Numbered from the stretch's first letter, positions 25,983 through 35,081 are shown. The stretch: 64,000 nucleotides of DNA from Candidatus Bathyarchaeota archaeon (GCA_026014805.1 JAOZHR010000016.1:27283-91282), one strand, 5' to 3'. Program-made: numbers and translations. The notes: a model not told the origin generated them from the sequence alone.

Positions 25983-26961
25983 GCGCTAATACAGCCTGAT
26001 TTGCAGGGGTCTCTTCTTTCCACTGATCCAGCAAGCCTTGCAAACCCATCTCCAACGAAATCTTCGGCTCATACCCCAAGCCTTCCCTTACCTTCGCAAT
26101 ATCTGCAAAACTATGCTTCAAATCGCCCACACGTGCTGCTTCATACGTGATTTCCACATGGTTGCCCACAAGCTCCACAAGAGTCTTAGCTAACTCGCTT
26201 ATTCTAACCGATCGTCCATACGCCACATTAAACACCTGACCGCCAGCATCCTTAACGTTTAGAGCCAACCAAACAGCCTCAGCAACATCAAAAACATGAA
26301 CAAAATCCCTCGTCTGCGAACCATCACCATAGACAACCAGAGGCCTGTCAGAAAACAGATTCTCGAAAAACCTAGTTATGACGCCGCTATACATGTCTTC
26401 TCTCCTCTGCCTAGGCCCATACACGTTAAAGGGACGCAACACAACAGTCTCCAACCCATACGAACGCCCAAAAGCCCGACAATAATACTCTGCAGCCAGC
26501 TTAGAAGCAGCATAAGGCGACAAAGGACACACAGGATGCTTCTCATCAACTGGAAAGTAACAGGGCTCACCATAAACGGCACAAGAGGAAACAAACAGAA
26601 ACCTCTGAACGTCGCCGTCCAAGCACGCATTCAACAGATTCAACGTACCCTCCACGTTCGCCCTATTCGTCGAAAGAGGGTGCTCCACCGAAAAGGGAAT
26701 GCTAGTTACAGCGGCTAAGTGGACAACACTATCAGCGTTCTTGACAAGTTTTTCAACAAGCTCACTGTCTTGTATGTCGCCTTTAACAAACTCAACGCTC
26801 CCACCCTCCATGTAACGTTGCAGGTTTTCTAACAGCCCAGTCGACAAATTATCAAGCACACAAACCTTACAGCCCATCATAACAAGCTTGTCAACAACAT
26901 GGCTACCGATGAACCCCGCCCCACCCGTGACAAGAACCCTCAAGTCAACCACTTTTCTCAT
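25927..26961 (-). CDS. NAD-dependent epimerase/dehydratase (UDP-glucose 4-epimerase-like SDR)
   Basis: MRKVVDLRVLVTGGAGFIGSHVVDKL and PYAASKLAAE. The start at 26961 gives an ATGA overlap with the upstream stop. The 415-aa track ORF has a spurious N-extension. Confidence 0.85.
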   Translation of the reverse strand: MRKVVDLRVLVTGGAGFIGSHVVDKLVMMGCKVCVLDNLSTGLLENLQRYMEGGSVEFVKGDIQDSELVEKLVKNADSVVHLAAVTSIPFSVEHPLSTNRANVEGTLNLLNACLDGDVQRFLFVSSCAVYGEPCYFPVDEKHPVCPLSPYAASKLAAEYYCRAFGRSYGLETVVLRPFNVYGPRQRREDMYSGVITRFFENLFSDRPLVVYGDGSQTRDFVHVFDVAEAVWLALNVKDAGGQVFNVAYGRSVRISELAKTLVELVGNHVEITYEAARVGDLKHSFADIAKVREGLGYEPKISLEMGLQGLLDQWKEETPANQAVLAHGFTQLEKTEQGLRSFAS

Positions 26962-28283
26962 CCAAACGGTTTCCCAGCGGCATCGAGAGACTGCCTTCTC
27001 TCCGCACAACTCGAGACAACAAGACAATCCGGCAAAGCTGAACCAGCTACAGCAATGACCCCCGTCTTCGGCGTTCGATTCCACTCCTTTGGCGCCCTGC
27101 AAAGAATCTTTATCAAAGCCCAAGTTGCCAAGAAAACCTGGAACGACCAGTAAGCGTATATAAAAGGAAGCCACAGCAAATCCTTAATTCTTCTCGGCCT
27201 TGTGGTGTACAGCAACGCCAGAGCCCCAGCCACAATTGAACCTGTTAGAAGGCCCCACCCGACCAAAGTTATAGCGAAGACAACCGAACTGTCCAACTGG
27301 TAGAAAACTAAGGGGCCCAGTATGTAGCTTAAAAGCGAAATAATCAGCACAAAAGGTCCCAAAAGCGTTACTTCAGCATCAAAAACTCTTAAACTAGGTC
27401 TCTCCATTAAACGCCCATACTTAAAGGCAACTTCCATAGACCCTCTAAACCACCTAATTCTCTGACGAAACATCTGAACTAAGGTTTCCGGACTCTCCTG
27501 CCACGACTGAACATCACCTGCGTACTTAATTCGATGCCCTTTCTGCGTAAGCCGCGCAGACATCTCCATATCCTCTGAAAGATGCTTCTCACTCCATCCT
27601 CCAAGGCTCTCCAAAACGCTTCTACGAATGAACTGGCAGCTCCCCTTCAAATGAACAAACAAGTTCAAAGTGTCCTTTCCCTTCAGATAACCCTCAAACC
27701 ACACAGCCTCTTCGTAAGACACAAACTTCGTGAGCATGTTAACACCTGAATTCAACGTAAACGTTCTACCTTGAAGAGCAGCAATTGTCTCATCTTGAAA
27801 ATGCTTCGCGGCATTAAGCAAAGCATCTTGCTCTGGCACATTATCTGCGTCAAACACAGCTATTATATCGCCGCTAGAGATTCTCAATGCTCGATTCAAA
27901 GCAGAAGGTTTCCCAGTGGAATCTCCCCCACGGACTATCTTTAACCGCCCACCAAAATCCTTCACATACTTCTCACAAACTTCTAATGTAGCATCAGTTG
28001 AACCATCCTCCACCACGATTACTTCAACTTTTTTCCTTGGATAATTTTGCTTTAAGAGAGCACCTAACAATCGAGGAAGAACAGATTCTTCATTCTTCGC
28101 TGGAATAACAACTGAGAACGTAGGAAGATTCTTCTCGAACACCGCCTTTCGCCCAAAAGATTGCTTCTTAGCTCCATCACGGCGGAAACTTCTAATTCCA
28201 ACTATCAACACGGGCAAGTTGTAAAGCGCCCAAGAATAAACCACGGCAGACAATACAATTAAGAGAACAGTAAACAAACTCAT
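26958..28283 (-). CDS. Processive-type GT2 beta-glycan synthase (NodC/PgaC/cellulose-hyaluronan synthase-like)
   Basis: N-terminal TM helix, then VVIPAKNEE, VVEDGSTD, FDADNV, SEDMEM and QRIRWFRG (QxxRW). Several C-terminal TM helices follow. Confidence 0.8.
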   Translation of the reverse strand: MSLFTVLLIVLSAVVYSWALYNLPVLIVGIRSFRRDGAKKQSFGRKAVFEKNLPTFSVVIPAKNEESVLPRLLGALLKQNYPRKKVEVIVVEDGSTDATLEVCEKYVKDFGGRLKIVRGGDSTGKPSALNRALRISSGDIIAVFDADNVPEQDALLNAAKHFQDETIAALQGRTFTLNSGVNMLTKFVSYEEAVWFEGYLKGKDTLNLFVHLKGSCQFIRRSVLESLGGWSEKHLSEDMEMSARLTQKGHRIKYAGDVQSWQESPETLVQMFRQRIRWFRGSMEVAFKYGRLMERPSLRVFDAEVTLLGPFVLIISLLSYILGPLVFYQLDSSVVFAITLVGWGLLTGSIVAGALALLYTTRPRRIKDLLWLPFIYAYWSFQVFLATWALIKILCRAPKEWNRTPKTGVIAVAGSALPDCLVVSSCAERRQSLDAAGKPFG

Positions 28284-28517
28284 GCCCCTCTATATCGACG
28301 GTTTAAGCTTAAGCATTTTACCTTCAATTTCTGCTAATCCCCTAACCTGCGTACTTCAGAACAAACTATCTTGCAAATGAGCATTGAATATAAATCGCTT
28401 GTGAATCCTTGGTAAAGTTGCCTCTGATTGAAATCCGAATCCAACAGCTCTCACGCAGGCGCACGATCAAAACGGGTTCGCACACAAACTAGCCTGATAG
28501 TCTAACGCGTGCACGCA

Positions 28518-28907
28518 TCATACCCTAAATGAAGACGGCGTATTCATCATGGTCACCGCTAAAAACTGGATAAACTCTTTATTACTCATCCATTCTCTGG
28601 CGGATTTGTTCCCCCACGACTGGGCGATAAGGCTTATTTTTTTAGCGAGTGGTCTACCGACTTCTCTCATCATACGTGCAACATGGCTTTCCAACGCAGT
28701 TAACAGCTTCTTTACAATCGATGTTAGAACCTTTGCCAGCAATGTGCTGCGGACCTTATCCACAACTTTTATGACTGAGTTAATCAGCCCTCGCTCCATT
28801 CCACTTAACGTCTTAAACCACACACGGCGTCTAAACGCCTTAGCCCTCAACATGATTAAACCACATCTATCTAGCGAACCCAGCTTCGAAGTCATTCCAC
28901 AAATCAC
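28518..28907 (-). CDS. Hypothetical basic, helix-rich protein
   Basis: 129-aa ORF. Its GTG start overlaps (GTGA) the stop of the upstream AbrB-like ORF. I recognised no family motif. Confidence 0.5.
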   Translation of the reverse strand: MICGMTSKLGSLDRCGLIMLRAKAFRRRVWFKTLSGMERGLINSVIKVVDKVRSTLLAKVLTSIVKKLLTALESHVARMMREVGRPLAKKISLIAQSWGNKSAREWMSNKEFIQFLAVTMMNTPSSFRV

Positions 28908-29053
28908 CTAACTCTTCTAACCCGACACTCCACCAAGTTGCCTTTCTTTAGTTTCAACGCGTCCCTAACCTCTTTAGGAATAGTTATTCTTCCCTCAACT
29001 CGCACATACACTGTGAACGCTTTTTCTTCTTCGTTGGTCAAGGTTGACGGCAA
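28904..29053 (-). CDS. Small AbrB/SpoVT-type DNA-binding protein (not in the ORF track; under 60 aa)
   Basis: Hand translation from TTG at 29053 gives LPSTLTNEEEKAFTVYVRVEGRITIPKEVRDALKLKKGNLVECRVRRVR(stop). GRITIPKEVRDALKLKKGNLVE is the swapped-hairpin AbrB/MazE/VapB signature. Confidence 0.6.
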   Translation of the reverse strand: MPSTLTNEEEKAFTVYVRVEGRITIPKEVRDALKLKKGNLVECRVRRVR

Positions 29054-29329
29054 CCATGTGTGGCGACGTTTTTCTACAATTTATGTAGATGACTTATAAA
29101 GTTTATTTATAGAACTGAATACTAGAAAAGAACTAAACCTGGTCTAGACATAACACCCACCACAGATGCACGTGTCTATCCAACAGGTAGACCAATTTGA
29201 ACCTAAAACAAACTCACCTTGAATCAAAATAACAGTTTCCATGCTCCATTCAGATTCAGAATCCAAACAAATAGAAAAGCTTTATAGAAATAAAATACAG
29301 AACAAAATCTGATTTGGAGACTGATTAAT
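29054..29329. promoter_or_regulatory. Divergent intergenic region between the AbrB-like and PadR genes, with TATA-like boxes
   Basis: An A/T box CTTATAAAG at 29093-29101 lies about 40-48 nt from the minus-strand TTG start. TTTATAGAAA at 29281-29290 lies about 40-50 nt before the padR TTG, and GGAGA sits 8 nt before that start. A GTCTAGAC palindrome lies near 29143-29150. Confidence 0.3.
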
Positions 29330-29662
29330 TTGGCACAAAAAATAGTGGAAGAATTACGTGGAAGAACAATCAAAAGTTTCTTAGACATACTAATCCTGTC
29401 GCAGCTAAGCGAGGTTACAATGAGCGGGTATGACCTCATAGCCTTAATCCACAAAAAATTCGATTATCTAGTGAGCTCAGGCACAGTTTACTCCACACTG
29501 TATTCGATGGAAAGAAACGGCCTAATCAAAGGATCCTACGATGAACGAAGAAGGATTTACGTGCTAACAAAGAAGGGCATGGAAGACTTACAAAGCATCA
29601 AACGAGCAAATGGAGAAATTAGAAACCTCATAAGAAATATCTTACAACTCAAGACAGCTTAA
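29330..29662 (+). CDS. PadR-family transcriptional regulator
   Basis: Winged-helix signature ILSQLSEVTMSGYDLIALIHKKFDYLVSSGTVYSTLYSMERNGLIKG. Confidence 0.85.
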   Translation: MAQKIVEELRGRTIKSFLDILILSQLSEVTMSGYDLIALIHKKFDYLVSSGTVYSTLYSMERNGLIKGSYDERRRIYVLTKKGMEDLQSIKRANGEIRNLIRNILQLKTA

Positions 29663-29820
29663 AGCCCAGCGCAAGTCACCAACCAAGAAATACTGTTCAA
29701 CGCGTAGATGAAAGCCTGAGCAAACTGATTCCACATACTCACTTCAACTGCAAACGTGGGAAAACACAAAAATTTAACTTCCCAAAGGCTCGATATACAC
29801 CAGCACGAGGAACTAAAGAA

Positions 29821-30216
29821 GTGCACATTGAGAAACTAAGCAAACTCCTCCCCTTCTTAATAGTGGACGGCGCAATAATCATAATCATAATTTTGTCACT
29901 ACAGCTAGACTGGATCGTAAACAATACACTATATTATTACGGGCTTCAATTCAGCTTAGGCTGGGCGAATATTTACTGGACAACCTTTAGAATAACCCTC
30001 GGACTGCTCTGCTTCACACTAGTCGCCACTACTCTAATCGGCTACTTCTCCTACAAAAAATCAAGGAACGAAATAGCAAGAACAGTTTTTGTCTGCAAAT
30101 CTTGCGGAAACGCCTTAACCAAACTCGGCGGCAACATCAGCATGAACGAAGCTTTACCGAAATTCAAAGTTCTGAAAAAATGCCCCTTCTGCGACAAGAA
30201 ATTACTAGAGAAATAA
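29821..30216 (+). CDS. 2-TM membrane protein with a C-terminal zinc ribbon (paralogue A)
   Basis: TM1, then loop DWIVNNTLYYYGLQFSLGWANIYW, then TM2. The C-terminus has CKSCGN..(26)..CPFCDK. Confidence 0.65.
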   Translation: MHIEKLSKLLPFLIVDGAIIIIIILSLQLDWIVNNTLYYYGLQFSLGWANIYWTTFRITLGLLCFTLVATTLIGYFSYKKSRNEIARTVFVCKSCGNALTKLGGNISMNEALPKFKVLKKCPFCDKKLLEK

Positions 30217-30252
30217 ACTGCAAATCGAGCTCGCTTACGAATCAACCGAGAA

Positions 30253-30708
30253 CTAACACTGACTATCAACTACGTCCCGAGGATGCCTCACATCATAGCT
30301 CCTAATCTTAAGCACCTGGGACTCACAATATTGGTCAAGAACCTGTATTTCCACTATATCTTCATGTTGCGCAACCAATTGTTCAGCTGGTGCTTCAATT
30401 CGCTCAACTTGTTGGGTTTCCGGGCGTGGTGAACGTTTGTTTCTAAAAATATAGTAAACCAGCGTGATTGACGCAACTATATTGAACCAAGACAAACCGA
30501 CAATAGCACCTGAGCTGGCCCAGTAGGGCATAGCCCATCGGTAGCTGAATCGTAATCCAAAATCGTACAAAACCCCGTGAACCAGTTGGTCTATCTGCGT
30601 TTGGCTAACCATCACCAAAAAAGAAGCCACAGCCATAACTATCAGAGCCACGACAACTGCAGATAAGTTGATGTTGATTTTCACGAGTGCATCTTCCTGT
30701 ATTTTCAT
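30253..30708 (-). CDS. 2-TM membrane protein (paralogue B, no zinc ribbon)
   Basis: TM1, then loop DQLVHGVLYDFGLRFSYRWAMPYW, then TM2. The C-terminal tail is acidic. Confidence 0.6.
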   Translation of the reverse strand: MKIQEDALVKININLSAVVVALIVMAVASFLVMVSQTQIDQLVHGVLYDFGLRFSYRWAMPYWASSGAIVGLSWFNIVASITLVYYIFRNKRSPRPETQQVERIEAPAEQLVAQHEDIVEIQVLDQYCESQVLKIRSYDVRHPRDVVDSQC

Positions 30709-30780
30709 CGAAGAGAAAAGCCCATAAGCTTTGTGAGCTTAGACTACTGTTCTGAAATCTTCGTTTTCAACACTGATTTC

Positions 30781-31317
30781 TCATTCCGATCTCGAGTTAC
30801 CTGATACTGCAAGTATCGCGTTACAGTAGGGACAAACGTTTACCAGCCTAGGCTTTCCCGATTTGAAATCAAACATACAAAGGGGTTGAGTGAAAACCTT
30901 TCCACACTTATTGCACACCATAGGTATAGCAGCAATTTGGACACCATCATCTTCCCTTACAAGTTTCTTCTCCTCCACAACTTTAGGCGCACTTTTCAAC
31001 CTAGGGGCAGGGGCAGGAGATAGACGAGGCTTAACAGCCTTCGGGGTAGGCACGATTTTACGACCCAGAATCTCATACACTATCGCAAAAACGTTTACGC
31101 ACGCAATGCCGCCCACCAACCCGAGGGCTAACTGCAAAAACATCCAATATGGTATTGCCCATTCGTCGCTGAACTGCAAACCATAGCCATACAGTGAAAC
31201 ATTAACTATCCCATCTATTTCAAAAAGCAATAAAGCTACAGCAATAGCTAACACTGCTCCAATAGCATTAACTACCAGAAGGATTTTTGGATTCCATTGA
31301 AGTTTCATGTGAATCAC
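30781..31317 (-). CDS. 2-TM membrane protein with a C-terminal zinc ribbon (paralogue C)
   Basis: TM1, then loop DGIVNVSLYGYGLQFSDEWAIPYW, then TM2. A Pro/Lys-rich linker precedes CNKCGK..CPYCNA. Confidence 0.65.
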   Translation of the reverse strand: MIHMKLQWNPKILLVVNAIGAVLAIAVALLLFEIDGIVNVSLYGYGLQFSDEWAIPYWMFLQLALGLVGGIACVNVFAIVYEILGRKIVPTPKAVKPRLSPAPAPRLKSAPKVVEEKKLVREDDGVQIAAIPMVCNKCGKVFTQPLCMFDFKSGKPRLVNVCPYCNAILAVSGNSRSE

Positions 31318-31523
31318 TAGTTACTCTGGGGGAAACGATTAAAACGTTATTATCTTGAAATAAGATGCGAAAATTAATAGTGGAAGTCATCTAGATTTCG
31401 AATAAAATCCTCTAAATATACTGGTTATTCCCAGACCATCAGAACATGGTTTTCGAATGCACATACGTCGGAACCTAGGCAGACTTGAAGCGTTTTGACA
31501 CCAAACGTCCCAGAGAAAAGGTC

Positions 31524-32552
31524 TTAGCCGAAAAACACCTCTGCTATTTCATAAAGCTTCAAATCAACAGTCTTTCGCTTACCAACAACATCCTTGAAAG
31601 GAACAGAAACAACCTCATTTCCCTGAAGAGCAACCATCCGCCCAAACCTTCCTTCATGAACAAGGTCGATGGCGGCAATTCCATATCGAGTAGCTAAAAC
31701 TCTGTCAAAAGCTATAGGAGACCCCCCTCGTTGAATATGCCCAAGAACCACAACCCTCGTCTCAACACCCATCCTCTTCTCAATCTCCCTCCCAAGATAA
31801 TAGCCAATACCGCCAAGTCTAGCATGCCCAAACTCGTCCACGCCGCTGCTGTAAACAATCTCTTTACCCCCCTTAGGCTTCGCACCCTCAGCAGCAACAA
31901 TTAAACTAAAGTTTCTACCCCGCTTCTGTCTTCGCCTAATATACCCACACACCTTACCAACATCAAAAGGCTTCTCAGGAATCAAAATAGCATCCGCGCC
32001 CCCAGCAAGCCCAGCCCACAACGCAATCCACCCAGTATGCCTACCCATCACCTCAAGAATTATCACCCGATGATGAGCCTCCGCAGTAGTATGAAGCCTG
32101 TCAAGAGCTTCACACGCAATTGAAACTGCCGTATGAAAACCAAAAGTGTAATCAGTTGCAGCCAAGTCATTATCGATCGTCTTGGGAACACCCACACACG
32201 GAAGCCCCTTCTCATACATCTTATGCGCCACTCCCAAAGTATCATCTCCGCCAATAACAACCACCGCGCCAATCCCATACTTCTCAACGTTCTCCAGAAT
32301 ACGCCGCCACCCATCCTCACGCTTAAAAGGATTAGTCCTCGAAGTCCCCAGAATAGAACCCCCGCGAGGAAGCATCCCTGAAGTTGCCTTCAAATCTAAA
32401 GGAACAAAATCACCGTCAACCAGACCCCGCCACCCATCTTTAATTCCAACAGTTTCATAGCCATGCTCCTGAATTGCCTTCCTAACGACAGCCCTAATTA
32501 CAGCATTAATCCCAGGAGCGTCCCCTCCGCCGCTTAAAACTCCAACCTTCAT
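31524..32552 (-). CDS. pfkA: 6-phosphofructokinase, PfkA family (signature residues suggest the PPi-dependent type)
   Basis: MKVGVLSGGGDAPGINAVIR, IGGDDTLG, VPKTIDNDL and EVMGRHTGW. The ATG at 32552 is preceded by a GGGGGA Shine-Dalgarno-like run. Confidence 0.85.
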   Translation of the reverse strand: MKVGVLSGGGDAPGINAVIRAVVRKAIQEHGYETVGIKDGWRGLVDGDFVPLDLKATSGMLPRGGSILGTSRTNPFKREDGWRRILENVEKYGIGAVVVIGGDDTLGVAHKMYEKGLPCVGVPKTIDNDLAATDYTFGFHTAVSIACEALDRLHTTAEAHHRVIILEVMGRHTGWIALWAGLAGGADAILIPEKPFDVGKVCGYIRRRQKRGRNFSLIVAAEGAKPKGGKEIVYSSGVDEFGHARLGGIGYYLGREIEKRMGVETRVVVLGHIQRGGSPIAFDRVLATRYGIAAIDLVHEGRFGRMVALQGNEVVSVPFKDVVGKRKTVDLKLYEIAEVFFG

Positions 32553-32569
32553 CCACTTTCTTCCCCCTT

Positions 32570-33490
32570 TCACTGCGCCTTACCTGAACTCCCGAACAAC
32601 CTCATCTTACCCTTAACAACCATCTTCATCGCTTCCTTTGCCGGACCCAAAATCTTCCTCGGATCATACTGCTTCGGCGAAGTAGCCAAGACCTCACGAA
32701 CCGCACCAGTAAAAGCCAACCTCAAGTCAGTGTCAATATTAATCTTTGAAACCCCCAAAGAAACAGCCTTCTTAATATGCTCCTCCGGTATCCCCTTAGC
32801 CCCAGCCAATTCTGCCCCATACTTCGTAGCCTTCTCAATTATCCACGAAGGAACACTAGAAGCCCCATGCAAAACCAGCAAAACATCCACCCGCTCCCGA
32901 ATAGCCTTCAACCTTTCAAAATCCAGCTCCGGCTTCCCCTTGAACTTGTAAGCTCCATGCGAAGTACCAATTGCAACCGCCAAAGCATCCACCCCTGTAC
33001 GTTCCACAAAATCTTTGGCCGCATCGGGATCTGTCAGCACCGCATCCTTCTCCTCAACCGTCGACTCCTCCACACCCGCCAGCCTTCCAAGCTCTGCCTC
33101 AACCGCGACTCCCTTCGGATGAGCCAACCCTACAACCGTCTTAGTCACGGCAACGTTCTCTTCAAAACTCAGATGAGACGCATCAATCATCACCGAAGTG
33201 AAACCCACATCAATACACTTAACCACTGTCTCTACATCTTTTCCATGGTCAAGATGTAAGGACATAGATTGGGGAACGGTTCTCGCCGCGGCTTTCACTA
33301 TTGAAGCCAAATATTCTAACCCACCATATTTGATGGCGCTCGGAGTTACCGCGATGATGACTGGCGATTTTTCCTCAACTGTTGCTTCAGTAATAGCTAA
33401 CACTGTTTCAAGGTTGTTTATGTTAAAAGCGCCGACGCCATAACCTCTAGCGGCAGCAACTGACATAATTTCTTTGTTTGTAACAAGCAT
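32570..33490 (-). CDS. fba: Class II fructose-bisphosphate aldolase
   Basis: AARGYGVGAFNINNLE, HLDHG and SHGAYKF. The likely start is the ATG at 33490 (MLVTNKEIM). Confidence 0.85.
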   Translation of the reverse strand: MLVTNKEIMSVAAARGYGVGAFNINNLETVLAITEATVEEKSPVIIAVTPSAIKYGGLEYLASIVKAAARTVPQSMSLHLDHGKDVETVVKCIDVGFTSVMIDASHLSFEENVAVTKTVVGLAHPKGVAVEAELGRLAGVEESTVEEKDAVLTDPDAAKDFVERTGVDALAVAIGTSHGAYKFKGKPELDFERLKAIRERVDVLLVLHGASSVPSWIIEKATKYGAELAGAKGIPEEHIKKAVSLGVSKINIDTDLRLAFTGAVREVLATSPKQYDPRKILGPAKEAMKMVVKGKMRLFGSSGKAQ

Positions 33491-33705
33491 GTTTTCCACA
33501 GAGATACTGTATTGAATTACGCCTATTAAAAACAATAACTAGTGCGCGCGCGTCCTTCCTTCACTTGATCTTCATTGAAAGGCAATAGTAAACCACATAT
33601 GAGACAGATATAATTTATAGAAAAAGTTGATGTACACATTCCTTTGATTGTTTGTCACGAATTTCTTGCCGTAGAGGCTTCTGTCCACATAAGATTTTTA
33701 CGAAG

Positions 33706-34125
33706 TCATTCTACAGTCTCTATTTCCAATTCAACTGTTACAGGTATTGCTTCTTTGAATATCGCTACTACAGGGCAGTTTGCTTCGGTTCTCCTCCAAG
33801 CAGCTTCAAGCAACTGTTTTCTTGCCTTAGCAGAAACGTGAATTTTGAGCTTAACGCTACTTAGTTTTGGCGAGTCTGCGGGCTTTTCGGCTTCTGCTGT
33901 CACTTCGAGGTTTGTAATTTCAATTTCGCTTTGTTTGGCTACGTCTGCAAATATTGTAGCGGCACAGTCCCCCAGCCCCATTATTGCTAGCTCTAACGCT
34001 GTTGGTCCGGTATCCTCACCTCTCTTATCAATCGGTAGATCGCAAACAACGCTGTGAGTCCTAGAGTTGTCAACTATTGTGCGAACATTTTCTATAAGTC
34101 GAGTTCTTGTCACGATTTTTGGCAT
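33706..34125 (-). CDS. OsmC/Ohr-family protein
   Basis: GPTALELAIMGLGDCAATIF and a C-terminal EANCPVVAIF. These are the two conserved Cys contexts of the family. Confidence 0.75.
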   Translation of the reverse strand: MPKIVTRTRLIENVRTIVDNSRTHSVVCDLPIDKRGEDTGPTALELAIMGLGDCAATIFADVAKQSEIEITNLEVTAEAEKPADSPKLSSVKLKIHVSAKARKQLLEAAWRRTEANCPVVAIFKEAIPVTVELEIETVE

Positions 34126-34224
34126 TCTATTTCACCATCAATATTTTCCTCTTTATCGATGAAATCATGGATGGTTATATACGTTTTTCGGTTTGATAGC
34201 CCTGCACGCGCCTTTCTACAATTC

Positions 34225-34728
34225 CTAAAAGCTGAAGTCGCACTCAAAGAATTGAAAGCCCGGCTTCCACGCGTACTCGCAAAAGTCTAAGCATAGTTCT
34301 ATGTGCCCGAGATTCTTGAAGCCTTGCCCATAAAAGAATTTTACTGCTTGAACATTTCGCGCCACAGGCTTGACGCTGAGAAATCTCACTCCCAAATTGC
34401 GTGCTACGGAAACAACTGTTTTCACTAATTGCTTCCCTATACCTTTGCCGCGGCGGGCTTTACTTACTATAAGCGGTTCCATTTCAGCTTCTTCACCTTT
34501 GACAATTAATCCTGCAAGCCCAACCACCTCAGAGTCGTGGATGGCAACCCAAAGTCGATCTGGCCCAACCTTCGCTAAATGCTCATCAAAATAATCCTCG
34601 GGGTGCTCTCCACCAATGGTAGGGTCTTCATAGATCTCGCGATGCCACTCCGTTAGCTCTCTCCATAAACCACGACATTGCGCTCTATCACCAATTTGAT
34701 ATTTACGGACCATAAAATACGGCTTCAT
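34225..34728 (-). CDS. GNAT-family N-acetyltransferase
   Basis: Acetyl-CoA binding motif RRGKGIGKQLV, 167 aa. Confidence 0.75.
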   Translation of the reverse strand: MKPYFMVRKYQIGDRAQCRGLWRELTEWHREIYEDPTIGGEHPEDYFDEHLAKVGPDRLWVAIHDSEVVGLAGLIVKGEEAEMEPLIVSKARRGKGIGKQLVKTVVSVARNLGVRFLSVKPVARNVQAVKFFYGQGFKNLGHIELCLDFCEYAWKPGFQFFECDFSF

Positions 34729-34854
34729 CCTTTTACCACATCACAGAGTTCAAAATGTTGTTGCCAATTTAAGCGATTTGCTTTAGCAAGCAGTCAAAGG
34801 AAAAATTGGATAGGTTATGCCTATATAGTCCTCAAAACGGCTGATGGCCAATGA

Positions 34855-34942
34855 TGGTGCAGAGGGTGGGATTCGAACCCACGAAGGCCTTCGCCATGAG
34901 GACCTGAACCTCACCCCTTTGACCTAGCTTGGGAACCCCTGC
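34855..34942 (-). tRNA. tRNA-Leu (anticodon CAG), type II with a long variable arm and an encoded CCA
   Basis: The reverse complement is GCAGGGG TT CCC..GGG G TGAGG TTCAGGT CCTCA TGGCGAAGGCCTTC GTGGG TTCGAAT CCCAC CCTCTGC A CCA. The acceptor stem has 7 bp (one G-U), the T-arm is GTGGG/CCCAC and the anticodon loop is TTCAGGT. Confidence 0.9.
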
Positions 34943-35081
34943 CTAAACAACTACACATAATTACAATACAGAAAATTAACTCTTACCCAACAACCCACTA
35001 AGTATGTTCTAAACCTAATAGGACATTCTGGCACAAAGGCAAACATACAGTCTTAAAAGCCACAACACACAACCATAAACC

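Noticed and set aside
28518-28907. Calling the 129-aa partner of the AbrB-like ORF a VapC/PIN toxin
   Set aside because: The size and layout fit. The sequence lacks the conserved N-terminal Asp and the other acidic PIN residues, so no toxin family is assigned.
28549-28911. 120-aa plus-strand ORF mirroring the 129-aa minus-strand ORF
   Set aside because: It is the exact antisense shadow. The minus-strand frame is translationally coupled (GTGA) to the AbrB-like ORF and has a more protein-like composition, so I kept that one. Conservation analysis should confirm the choice.
34855-34942. tRNA-Leu as an integration site for a mobile element
   Set aside because: I found no duplicated tRNA 3' segment and no integrase nearby. 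The flanking genes are ordinary housekeeping genes.
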